Shown here piece after piece: positions 9,556-17,709 of a stretch of DNA of 25,882 nucleotides (position 1 is its first letter; each line of letters opens with the position of its first letter). The stretch comes from a virus (lineage: Duplodnaviria > Caudoviricetes): positions 1 through 25,882 of IMG/VR virus record IMGVR_UViG_3300043205_000021. One strand, given 5' to 3'. Under the pieces are notes generated by a model. It was not told the DNA's origin and did not search any database. It saw only the letters and a program-made list of their open reading frames with translations. A program made the translations under genes and the position numbers.

Positions 9556-11399
9556 CGTAGTGGTACGTTAGCTGCCTGTGAGGCCTGTTGAAGCTGAGCC
9601 AAGCCGGGCACGCCCTGCGGCGCTTGACCTGGCGCTCCGGGCATTGGCGGTCCTTGCATGGGCTGTTGGTTCGCTTTCGGCTGGCCCAATCCCAAAAGGT
9701 CAAATATCTCCTTCACGATATCCTGCTGATACTGCGGAGCCGCGGGCATGAGGCTAATGAGGTTCTGCACGGTCATAGGGACGTCCATCTCCTCGTTGGT
9801 AACTTGCACGCGGGTCTCCAGCTCCTTGGCTACAATCTCATCGAGTAGCTTGATGAACAGGTCGCCCTTGGAAAGTTGCTCCCGCGCGATGTCGATCGCC
9901 TGCTGAAACTCCTGCGGGTCCGGCAAATACCCCTGTGCGTAGTGCTGATGGAGCGCATGTTGCGCGCGGTTGGTAACGATAGTCTCTATGAGTTGCTGGA
10001 ATTTGTCGTCGTCGGTCGTGAGGCGGACCACCGTATCGGCATCCAATTCTTTGGCGAGGATGGGCAATGCGTGACGGTCCATCCATCGCTGGAGGAAGTA
10101 CCCGAGCTGGTCTTTGATGATTGAGAAGCCGGATTTAGCGTTCTGGTTCTGAATAGAAGCGTTGGTTGCTGGAGTAGAGGAGGGAAGGGCCTCGCCGGTC
10201 ACAACGTCAAAGGCATTGGTGAGCCGCTCGCTGATGGAGTTGATAACATCTTCGTCCTTGTAGCTCGTCGCTCCGATCTCCTGCACGACAAACTGCTGAA
10301 GGTCTTCGAGGTTTTGAAGCGGAATAGCGCCGTTGGATTGGAGGCGCGCGATCATGCCGGGTGTGATGCCCGCGCCTTTACGGTACTTGAAGATGCCAAG
10401 CTGTGATATGCGGGAGCGGTTAATGCGGACGTTAAAGACAATGTTGGCGTAGATTTGCAGGGTCAGTAGTCGCTCGGCAATGCCAAGGCCATACCAGCGG
10501 TTCGGAACGCGCGTGTACCAACACTCCTCGTAGGGTTTAAGGATATTCCCTTCGCTGTCCTCTTTGATATTGCCCTCGATGAGGTGGACGCGTTCTTTGC
10601 CGGGCGTATCGAGGCCAGACACAACGATATGTCCCTCCACCTCCTCATTGGAATCCGCTTTCTCACCCGTAATGAGGCTCTTAGGGATTTTGCCCCAGCA
10701 CTCATACACGTCGAGCATTTTGACGTTAGAAAAGCCGCCTGAGCGATTGCCCCACATCGGGTCAATGCGTGGGACGCCCATAGGTACGTCCTTGCGGATG
10801 CCTTGCGTGTTAATCCAGCCGTTCATGGCCTGGATTTCCTCGGGGAACATGAGGCTACGTTCAGTGAAGCGGTATGCCTGCTGAATGCTCGGCGTGGTGG
10901 GATCGAGGTAGCAGTTGAGTAGATTAACGCGGGTGAATTTGAGCTTCCCGTTTTCTTCCCATGTCTTCCAAACAGCGGTCCCGTAGATGGCCAGGTCGCG
11001 CTCGAAATCGTCAAGCGCCTGCCCGAAGTTCATCTTATCGAGCTTGTCTTTGACGAAAGCCCGTGTGAGGTCGGTTACTCCGTACCCGTTATCGTTCTTG
11101 GCCTGGAAGGTGATGTCTTTGGTGTCGAGGTCGATATTCTTGATGACCGCTTCAACGTTGATGAACGTAAGTGGATACCAAACCTTTTCCTGGTTGGTCG
11201 CCGGGTCTATCGGCTGGTCAAAAACGCCGTAATAATTCTTTTGGAGAATGCGCAGGAGTTGCCGCATCTTGAACGCGACGCGCTCGGTGATGAAAGCGGT
11301 TGCGGTCTCCCACCGCTGCCGTTCCATACGAACGATGCTGATAGCCTCACGCTCAATATCCGCATTGCGTTTCTTTGTTGCTTTGCTCTTGCGAGCCAT
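9552..11399 (-). CDS. Portal protein
   Basis: About 615 aa after TerL; IYGTAVWKTW, YLDP, VYECWG, WYGLGIAERL, TPATNA and a Gln/Pro-rich tail, as in P22/podovirus-like portals; start may be 11414. Confidence 0.85.
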   Translation of the reverse strand: MARKSKATKKRNADIEREAISIVRMERQRWETATAFITERVAFKMRQLLRILQKNYYGVFDQPIDPATNQEKVWYPLTFINVEAVIKNIDLDTKDITFQAKNDNGYGVTDLTRAFVKDKLDKMNFGQALDDFERDLAIYGTAVWKTWEENGKLKFTRVNLLNCYLDPTTPSIQQAYRFTERSLMFPEEIQAMNGWINTQGIRKDVPMGVPRIDPMWGNRSGGFSNVKMLDVYECWGKIPKSLITGEKADSNEEVEGHIVVSGLDTPGKERVHLIEGNIKEDSEGNILKPYEECWYTRVPNRWYGLGIAERLLTLQIYANIVFNVRINRSRISQLGIFKYRKGAGITPGMIARLQSNGAIPLQNLEDLQQFVVQEIGATSYKDEDVINSISERLTNAFDVVTGEALPSSTPATNASIQNQNAKSGFSIIKDQLGYFLQRWMDRHALPILAKELDADTVVRLTTDDDKFQQLIETIVTNRAQHALHQHYAQGYLPDPQEFQQAIDIAREQLSKGDLFIKLLDEIVAKELETRVQVTNEEMDVPMTVQNLISLMPAAPQYQQDIVKEIFDLLGLGQPKANQQPMQGPPMPGAPGQAPQGVPGLAQLQQASQAANVPLR

Positions 11400-11437
11400 A
11401 GCGCCATTGAACAAAAACAGCGCTAGTCAAAGCAAAC

Positions 11438-12751
11438 TTAGTTGTAACGCGTGGCGTACAATTCAACGTCGTGGTCGCCATCTAACATGCGTTCTATCCG
11501 GTTCTTCGGCTTCTCCCCTAATGGATCGCGCACATTGTCTACGGCCAATGCGAGGGACATAACCCGGTCGTCATGCATCCCATCAGGGACGGCCATTGTG
11601 AGACGCGACTTCCCTGTTTGACTGTTCGTCACTAATCGCCAAGCCACCGCCTCAAGCTCGGACACAAGGCCAGAGTCATTGGGTATTTTGATGCGATCCT
11701 GCTCTAGGAGCATTGAAAGGTTGAGCAAGAGGTTGGCCCGGCGCTGCTCGGTGAATTTCACGGCTCCTTCGGCGTCGATGTTGAGACCTTTCTGCGTAAG
11801 ACGCTCAACAATTGGATCCCCGACACCCGTAGCGTCCACCTTCAGGCGCGCGCTGTTAAAGCGATACGCCAATGCTTCAATGCGGGCCTCCTGCACATTC
11901 CAATCGACCTGATTAAATCGCTCCTGCGAATGCACATTGAAGGTATTGAGGTTAAAAGGGGTGAGGACGGTCCAATCCTGGTACTTGGCCAGGTCCACAC
12001 CCAACTGGTACGAATGCTCGGGGTCGAGCTCCAATTCGCCTTGGTAGGTGTTTTCCCGAATGCGTCTGAAAACCTGCCCGGCGCCGTCGATGAATTTGCA
12101 GTAATACTCCTGCTCGAAGATCGCTTGCGGCGCTTCCCTACGCTCGGCCTCTAGTGCCTCGGCAGGAATGGCGTGCGTGTCATCAACCGTGAGTATCTCG
12201 GCAAACCATGTGGGGTCGTCCTTGGCCTTCTGGAGCATCTCCCATGCGTGGTTCTTGCCGCGAGACGTACCATTGAAGATAACCCAGCCACCGTTGGCCG
12301 CTAGGATCGGACGTAGATAATCCCACGCTGAAGGTGAGGATATCGGCCATTCTGAAAAGACGACGCCGATGGGGTTGGTCCCGACTCCGCTTTCTTTGAA
12401 AACATCTGCGCCAATAAGTTGGATAATCGAGCCGTTGATAAGCTCAATTTTCAACTCGGTCGCATTGGTCCCTTTGATAAGTTCTCTCGGAATGTGATCG
12501 AGCATCCGAAAGCCATCATTGTCGATGTTGTCCCAAATGACTTTCTTGGCTTGCGAGTAGGTGGGTAAGAGATAAAAATAGGTGCCGACCTTTTGGGCCG
12601 CACAGCGCACCATAAAATTGAAACAAGTTTTGTCTTTGCCGCTCCGACGATGCCAGAAGATAATGGCGCGTTTTATTCCGCTATCAAGCGCTTTCAGTAG
12701 TGGGAGCTGATACGACCTCGGTTTGAACCGGTGCGGTAGTTGAATTTTCAT
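11438..12751 (-). CDS. terL: Terminase large subunit
   Basis: PRSYQ Q-motif, Walker A WHRRSGKD, Walker B variant VVFSE, FNGTSRG, QEYYCKF, RNase H-like LGVDLAK...HDDRVMSLAL. Confidence 0.93.
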   Translation of the reverse strand: MKIQLPHRFKPRSYQLPLLKALDSGIKRAIIFWHRRSGKDKTCFNFMVRCAAQKVGTYFYLLPTYSQAKKVIWDNIDNDGFRMLDHIPRELIKGTNATELKIELINGSIIQLIGADVFKESGVGTNPIGVVFSEWPISSPSAWDYLRPILAANGGWVIFNGTSRGKNHAWEMLQKAKDDPTWFAEILTVDDTHAIPAEALEAERREAPQAIFEQEYYCKFIDGAGQVFRRIRENTYQGELELDPEHSYQLGVDLAKYQDWTVLTPFNLNTFNVHSQERFNQVDWNVQEARIEALAYRFNSARLKVDATGVGDPIVERLTQKGLNIDAEGAVKFTEQRRANLLLNLSMLLEQDRIKIPNDSGLVSELEAVAWRLVTNSQTGKSRLTMAVPDGMHDDRVMSLALAVDNVRDPLGEKPKNRIERMLDGDHDVELYATRYN

Positions 12752-13103
12752 ACATGATTGGCTGCACCGTTATTTTATCACCTTTGCTGGTGATATCGGT
12801 TTCGGTCTTCTCACTGTAGCCGTGATTGGCAAGCATCAACTTTGTGATGGTCGGATTGAAAATGCTCGTGAGGCCATTGTGCACAAGCTCACGTTCTTGT
12901 TTTGCCTTCAAATCCTCTAACGTGTCCGAAAATTCAGGGTATGCCTCGGCCCATTTGTACAAAGTCGAGCGAGCGACGCCTAACACGAGGCTCAAACCCG
13001 CCACTGACGGCACGATGTCTTCGTAGGTGGTTGAGTGCTCGATATAGTCTTGCGCTTTGGCAAGCATCTCTGCGTCGTACTCAGTTGGCCGTCCGGCAGT
13101 CAT
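12684..13103 (-). CDS. terS: Terminase small subunit
   Basis: GRPTEY N-terminus, HTH (PSVAGLSLVLGVARSTLYKW...YPEF), LANHGY; overlaps the terL start by 68 bp. Confidence 0.88.
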   Translation of the reverse strand: MTAGRPTEYDAEMLAKAQDYIEHSTTYEDIVPSVAGLSLVLGVARSTLYKWAEAYPEFSDTLEDLKAKQERELVHNGLTSIFNPTITKLMLANHGYSEKTETDITSKGDKITVQPIMYENSTTAPVQTEVVSAPTTESA

Positions 13104-13111
13104 AATTGATT

Positions 13112-13459
13112 TTAGGGAAATAGGTGGTTTACGAAGGCCTCCGCTGCTTCGGGGTCTAAAGAAAGGGTACGGCCTCGGGCGTAGTCAAAGCAATTAGGAC
13201 AGCGGGTGCCGAAGTCCACAAGCTTGCCGCAGTCAGTGCAACGAGGGTGAAATCCTAGAACGGGCTTGGAGCCGCTTCTGAAATAGCGCAGTGCAACGAC
13301 GCGGGAAATCGAGCGACTCTGAGGAAAGTAGTATCGTCTCAATGTCGCGTAGGAGATGCCGTAGCCTGTTGCAAGGTGGTGTCGTTGAAGCTTGCCAATA
13401 GTTTGTGAGACGTAGATACCTATTCGGAGCGTGTCAGCTTGGATAGGGTCGAGTTTCAT
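13112..13459 (-). CDS. HTH-like plus zinc-ribbon protein, possible late regulator
   Basis: GYGISYATLRRY and CTDCGK...CPNC; first gene before terS. Confidence 0.55.
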   Translation of the reverse strand: MKLDPIQADTLRIGIYVSQTIGKLQRHHLATGYGISYATLRRYYFPQSRSISRVVALRYFRSGSKPVLGFHPRCTDCGKLVDFGTRCPNCFDYARGRTLSLDPEAAEAFVNHLFP

Positions 13460-13465
13460 TCCATC

Positions 13466-13474
13466 ATTGTATCA
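13466..13474 (-). promoter_or_regulatory. Extended -10 (TG-A-TACAAT), probably giving a leaderless transcript of the 13459 ORF and late operon
   Basis: TGATACAAT ends 6 nt before the ATG; no Shine-Dalgarno sequence. Confidence 0.5.
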
Positions 13475-13764
13475 GCCAGAAACCCGACGCCTTGAAAGAG
13501 CGTTTTCCACAGCTTTTTGCCGCGTCCGTTTTTGTTTGGTCCTTTGGAGGTTGGGCGCGATTTCAGTTTCGAAGAATTACAAGCATTTCAAAGGCTTTAA
13601 AGACCCAAACCCGCTGGGGTTGGAGTAAGCCCGTGTCGAACGTTATTTGGTCTTTCATTTGATGCGCGAAAGCTGCGTATCGGTGCCCTTGACTCCGTAG
13701 CCGGGAGGTGGGTCTATTAGTTTGTTGCACCGAACCACTAAGTTTTTTTGGTGAGAGGTGTGAC

Positions 13765-13893
13765 ATGACTGACCCTTCCATCTTTATCCGCTTCGGCGAG
13801 TTCCAGGCAGGCGCCTTTGGGCTTGCCGGGATTATCGCTCTTGTGTTGCTTGCCGCCTTGGCGGTAGGGGCTCGATGGCGTGGGCTCCTATGA
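13765..13893 (+). CDS. Small single-TM peptide (42 aa)
   Basis: GAGAGG 6 nt before the ATG; MTDPSIFIRFGEFQAGAFGLAGIIALVLLAALAVGARWRGLL. Confidence 0.5.
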   Translation: MTDPSIFIRFGEFQAGAFGLAGIIALVLLAALAVGARWRGLL

Positions 13894-14130
13894 GAATGCC
13901 CGGCAGACGGGCATGAAGGCGGTGGTGATGAGTTGGAGGATTGCCGCCGAGCCTGCACATGAGGCGGCAATGCCGTTGTAGATGGCTTGCTTGCGAGCAA
14001 CTGTATTCAAGCTGTCCCAGGTAGGCGGTAGGCGCGAAACCCAAGCCGCGGCAAACCACCAACCGGCCGCCCCGATCGCCAGCAAAGCCGTTAAAATTTC
14101 GAATATCGTTTTGAGATTGCAAACGGACAT
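13888..14130 (-). CDS. Small two-TM membrane protein
   Basis: Hydrophobic segments ILTALLAIGAAGWWFAAAW and GIAASCAGSAAILQLI. Confidence 0.6.
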   Translation of the reverse strand: MSVCNLKTIFEILTALLAIGAAGWWFAAAWVSRLPPTWDSLNTVARKQAIYNGIAASCAGSAAILQLITTAFMPVCRAFS

Positions 14131-14141
14131 AAGATCGCTCC

Positions 14142-14489
14142 CTAGAGCCCCAATAGTTGCACGTCTTCAATTGAACGCACAACCGCATATAATGCTCCGG
14201 CTTTCTCGGCACTAACCTGAAATTCTCTCTGCTCGGGCGTTTGATATGAGCCCGGGCGCTTCACCTCCAAAAAGTAGGGTCGGCCGACGTGCACAACGAT
14301 GATGTCGGCAACGCCACGCATGGCGTACTTAGGCATACGACGGAAGCTCCAGCCTTCTGCGCCCTTTTGTACTGTCGGTGACGTATTTTGGCGCCAGAAA
14401 AAATGCTTACGAAGCGCTAGGTAATCACAAATTGCCGACTGAATTTCACTTTCGAGCGGTATCTTGCGGCGCAATGCCGAGCGTTCCAT
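14142..14489 (-). CDS. VRR-NUC domain nuclease
   Basis: ESEIQSAI, GVADII, FLEVKRPG..QTPEQREF, VVRSIED; AGGAG Shine-Dalgarno. Confidence 0.9.
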   Translation of the reverse strand: MERSALRRKIPLESEIQSAICDYLALRKHFFWRQNTSPTVQKGAEGWSFRRMPKYAMRGVADIIVVHVGRPYFLEVKRPGSYQTPEQREFQVSAEKAGALYAVVRSIEDVQLLGL

Positions 14490-14492
14490 ACT
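14464..14492 (+). promoter_or_regulatory. Sigma70-like promoter for the 14522 gene
   Basis: TTGCGG-N17-CATACT, overlapping the divergent VRR-NUC start codon. Confidence 0.45.
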
Positions 14493-14521
14493 CCTATAAA
14501 GTTTAACACGCGGATTTCAAT

Positions 14522-15112
14522 ATGGATTGGCTCCAATTCATCGCAAGCCTTGTTAGCTCGCTGGCGTGGCCCGCGTTATTGGCCTTTTTCCTTTGGCTTG
14601 TTCGAAAGCGAATAGGTGGTCTTCTGTCGCGAATGATTGAACTGCATCTGCCGGGAGGTGCAAAAGCAGTTTTTGCTCAAGAGCTTGATAGAGGGCGCGA
14701 TGCACTTGAAAAGATTGAATTTAAAGTAGTTAGAAGAGCAAGGACGCGCGATTCTCTTCCGCTAGATTTTCAAACCACGCAAGAGGAGACAAAAGAAAGT
14801 CCTCAGTGGGTCATAGCCCTTGCGTACACTGATATTGAGGCGCTGTTGAACGAAGCAAAAGAGAAACTGCACCTGTCATCCCGAATGCCCTACACCGCCG
14901 TAATCAAGGCTCTTGTCCAAAAGGGGTACGTTGAAAATGGCGCGTTAGAACTTTTTGAAAGCTTGCGTCGAGCTAGGAATGCAGTTGTGCACGCGTCCTC
15001 TCGCGAGGTCACGGTTGGAGAGGCTGTTGAATACCAAATACAGGCGGCAGGGCTGTCTATAATCTTGACTGAAGCAATTAAGAAGTTGACCCAGCCGAAG
15101 CCGGGTCAATAG
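14522..15112 (+). CDS. N-terminal TM protein with C-terminal HEPN-like RxxxxH motif
   Basis: TM segment MDWLQFIASLVSSLAWPALLAFFLWLV; LRRARNAVVH; oriented opposite to the phage genes. Confidence 0.7.
   Translation: MDWLQFIASLVSSLAWPALLAFFLWLVRKRIGGLLSRMIELHLPGGAKAVFAQELDRGRDALEKIEFKVVRRARTRDSLPLDFQTTQEETKESPQWVIALAYTDIEALLNEAKEKLHLSSRMPYTAVIKALVQKGYVENGALELFESLRRARNAVVHASSREVTVGEAVEYQIQAAGLSIILTEAIKKLTQPKPGQ
15080..15109 (-). terminator. Terminator-like hairpin for the minus-strand transcript
   Basis: Minus strand TTGACCCGGC-TTCG-GCTGGGTCAA then CTTCTT. Confidence 0.55.
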
Positions 15113-15318
15113 CCGCACTGGTGGGGCACTCTGACGAATTGAACGTCATGAGGGCGTATCCCGACGATCCCCGACCGCAAGGGCATCCTGCGCCCAGGTC
15201 GTTTCTCACAGTCGTCGCGATGGGAGGCGGCAGTTTGGGAGCGGCTGGAACAGGACAGCAGCGATTTGATTAGTTTATGGGGCCAGAAAGAACGCCGCTA
15301 TCAATCATACCCCGCGGA

Positions 15319-15729
15319 TTAGCTTGCAATGGCGATTGCGGGATGTTGGCTCGAAGATCCAAAATCTGTGATGAAGTGCATTTTGCCGCCAAGCTCCACG
15401 GCGATGCTTTGCTGGGCTGTTTCGCGGCCGAAGCGGCAGATGAAGTCACGGATAAGAAAGAAATCTCGCTCGAATTGTACCGGTTCGTAAATGACGTAAA
15501 GGATATGCGTCGTCTCGACAATGAGCTTTCCTTCTTCTTTGTTGAGCCACATGCCGCTTGCGGGGGCAACGCGCGTTGCCCCACCGGCGATTGCGCAGAG
15601 AATGTATGTCGCCTCCATGACCCATTTCTCGATGTCTGCGACCGGCTCACCTAAACAGTCGCGATCGGGCAGGTAGAGAGTAAAACGGTGCGCGTGGAGT
15701 GATGACGAGGCGCCGATGTCGATATTCAT
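15319..15729 (-). CDS. DUF3574-like / PII-like fold protein (about 136 aa)
   Basis: GGAGG Shine-Dalgarno before ATG 15729; FTLYLP...GGAT...GMW...G.LIVE...QQSIAVE pattern. Confidence 0.6.
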   Translation of the reverse strand: MNIDIGASSSLHAHRFTLYLPDRDCLGEPVADIEKWVMEATYILCAIAGGATRVAPASGMWLNKEEGKLIVETTHILYVIYEPVQFERDFFLIRDFICRFGRETAQQSIAVELGGKMHFITDFGSSSQHPAIAIAS

Positions 15730-15865
15730 AGGTGCTGTCCTCCAGTGCGAGAGGACACCAATTCTCAGCACATTCTACCGAGAGTCGATTCTCCACCGTG
15801 TACTCTGTGCACTGGACCAAAATTATTTTTCGAAGGTTCACAGTGGTGCACGGTGGATCGTTGAG

Positions 15866-15881
15866 TGTTTCACGTGAAACT
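15866..15881. promoter_or_regulatory. parS: parS centromere-like site
   Basis: TGTTTCACGTGAAACT, 15/16 match to the bacterial consensus TGTTTCACGTGAAACA; intergenic. Confidence 0.8.
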
Positions 15882-15894
15882 TTAGAGTGCGCCG

Positions 15895-16242
15895 ATGACA
15901 TTCATCCGCACCAAACATCAAAAGAAAAACGGGCGCGTTTATTCGTATCGAACTCGCGAAGAAAGATATTGGTGTCCCGTCACCAAGAGAGTGAAGAGCC
16001 GTTATCTCGGCCGCGTAGATGATGACATTGAACGCGGACTGCGAGTTGCTGAACGTGCCGCGGCCAAGTCAGATGCATGGCAACGATCTAAACTTGGAGC
16101 TACTGCTGGGGAGCTGAAAGAACGGGAGGCAAACCAGTGGACGCAACAGGAGTTCTTAGAGGCTACTGCACAGCCACAGGACGCCAAGGGCGAACAGGAC
16201 GCCGGGGAGGGTGACAAGGGCGAAGATGGTGAGGTGGCGTAG
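15895..16242 (+). CDS. Hypothetical protein with basic beta-rich N-terminus (possible DNA binding) and acidic tail
   Basis: KNGRVYSY...RVKSRYLGRV; starts 13 bp after parS. Confidence 0.6.
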   Translation: MTFIRTKHQKKNGRVYSYRTREERYWCPVTKRVKSRYLGRVDDDIERGLRVAERAAAKSDAWQRSKLGATAGELKEREANQWTQQEFLEATAQPQDAKGEQDAGEGDKGEDGEVA

Positions 16243-16265
16243 GGTCATTTCTTCATTTGATTAGC

Positions 16266-16436
16266 TTATAAAGCATGGGGCGGCACAAACCCTCTGCGCA
16301 AAAAGTCCTCCACCAGTTTCATGTAACCCGCCGCAAAAGCTTTCCGCTTAATCTCGATACGGCCTCTGATGGTGGGGCATCTCTCGAAGTCGAGGGCGAG
16401 CTGTTGTTCCTCAGTGAGTTCTAGGGTGGTGGTCAT
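16266..16436 (-). CDS. Hypothetical protein (56 aa)
   Basis: ATG at 16436 overlaps the YopX stop (ATGA). Confidence 0.55.
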   Translation of the reverse strand: MTTTLELTEEQQLALDFERCPTIRGRIEIKRKAFAAGYMKLVEDFLRRGFVPPHAL

Positions 16437-16776
16437 TGTAGGAGTTTGGGTGTCTCGTAGATGTTGCCGATGATTTCGACCTTGGTCTCGTTGAACAAGT
16501 GCCATGCGCCAAGTTTGGGGACGCAAAACGCACCCTTATGGAACGTCACTTCGTATGTTGCTCTCGCGCCTTCGTCTGACGTGATAATATCCCCCTCGTA
16601 TATCTCCTTCCCGTTCTTGTCTTTGAGGCCAGTGAATTGTTGATAGATAATCCCAGTCGTATCGACGCCATGTGCGGCTGGATTGTCACACACCTCAATC
16701 GCGTCCTGAAGCAAGAACGGCTCCCCCATTGTTTTTCTATTGTGTTCCACGCCCTGAATTTAATTACGCGGTTCAT
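16433..16776 (-). pseudogene. YopX-family gene split by a single-base frameshift
   Basis: MNRVIKFRAW is in one frame and QFTGLKDKNGKEIYEGDI...EIIGNIYETPKLL in another; the junction is near the A5 run at 16732-16736. Confidence 0.8.
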
Positions 16777-16991
16777 ACAATGGGTGGTCGCTTAAGCGCA
16801 TTCATTGCGGCGCGACTGCGCGGGTCGTGTTGCTCGTATTTGGAAGCGGCCACAAGGAGACTGATAGTTCGGAGTGGCCCTTCGAGAAGGGCGGCGGTTT
16901 TGCGGTTCTGTTCGGCAAATTCATCGACGGCGCGGGTTAACAATGCTCCTGGTAAATCTCCTACGCGGCCGAAGAAATAAAATGGTTTCAT
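16773..16991 (-). CDS. Hypothetical protein (72 aa)
   Basis: ATG at 16991 right after the upstream stop; ATGA overlap with the YopX start. Confidence 0.55.
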   Translation of the reverse strand: MKPFYFFGRVGDLPGALLTRAVDEFAEQNRKTAALLEGPLRTISLLVAASKYEQHDPRSRAAMNALKRPPIV

Positions 16992-16992
16992 A

Positions 16993-17193
16993 TTATTCTT
17001 CAACTACGCGCAACTCTCCCCACCGTTGCTCCTGATCGGCAATCTCGGCCATGATTGCCTCGTCACGTTGCTCGTGGAAATGAAGGCGGCAGTAGCCGTC
17101 TGCTTCCAGTTCGTTGCCACACCACGCAATGCTACAGCCTTTCGGATAGTCACTTGGAAGGTGTTGCACGTTTAATTTCTTTGTTTGGGTCAT
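16993..17193 (-). CDS. Small Cys/His protein
   Basis: CSIAWC...GYCRLH, a putative zinc-binding motif. Confidence 0.6.
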   Translation of the reverse strand: MTQTKKLNVQHLPSDYPKGCSIAWCGNELEADGYCRLHFHEQRDEAIMAEIADQEQRWGELRVVEE

Positions 17194-17194
17194 G

Positions 17195-17332
17195 TTAGTG
17201 AGAGTTAGCTTTTAAGTTCTTTGGTCTGCCGCCTTTCTTTCCGTTCTTCTTCGCGGCCTTAATCTTCTTAGGTGTCTTAGCTCTGCCACCGAGAGAGCCT
17301 AGAGCTACTGCGTGGGGGTTTTTAGTCGTCAT
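17195..17332 (-). CDS. 45-aa highly basic peptide (KGG-repeat/histone-like, probable nucleic-acid binder)
   Basis: Below the ORF-track cutoff: MTTKNPHAVALGSLGGRAKTPKKIKAAKKNGKKGGRPKNLKANSH; fills the operon gap exactly. Confidence 0.7.
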   Translation of the reverse strand: MTTKNPHAVALGSLGGRAKTPKKIKAAKKNGKKGGRPKNLKANSH

Positions 17333-17504
17333 AATGTTTGGAAGGAAAAGGAAGACCGCGATTCTCAATTTCTTGCTCTAACCAATCTAGCACCACAACG
17401 TCGTTGGTGCCGAAGCAGTCCTCAATATTGATGAGACTGTCGTAGCTCTTAAATTCGCTGAGCAACTTTTTGTTAGAAAACTTGGCAATATCTTTTCGTT
17501 CCAT
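17322..17504 (-). CDS. Hypothetical protein (60 aa)
   Basis: First ORF after a predicted promoter. Confidence 0.6.
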   Translation of the reverse strand: MERKDIAKFSNKKLLSEFKSYDSLINIEDCFGTNDVVVLDWLEQEIENRGLPFPSKHYDD

Positions 17505-17547
17505 AAAACGTTGTAATCAGGTTCTTAATAATGCTGGCAACATAACC

Positions 17548-17575
17548 AGTCTAACAAACCCAAGCGATTCGGCAA
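17548..17575 (-). promoter_or_regulatory. Sigma70-like promoter of the small-gene operon
   Basis: TTGCCG-N16-TAGACT with a TGn extension. Confidence 0.55.
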
Positions 17576-17650
17576 GCATTTGAGACACTGCGATACTGCG
17601 CGGAAATAAAGTCAAGCTGTTGGGTTTTTGGACCTTATTTTAAGCCATAG

Positions 17651-17675
17651 AAAAGCCCCCGCCGAAGCGGGAGCT
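17651..17675 (-). terminator. Intrinsic terminator after the zinc-finger gene
   Basis: AGCTCCCGC-TTCG-GCGGGGGCT-TTT. Confidence 0.8.
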
Positions 17676-17709
17676 AACAGGTTGACACCGCCGTCCACAT
17701 TCTGCCGTC

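Noticed and set aside
13503-13511. DnaA-box origin (TTTTCCACA)
   Set aside because: Single imperfect box with no cluster
15131-15210. Hammerhead ribozyme (CTGACGA)
   Set aside because: No matching GAAA core or stem arrangement on the same strand
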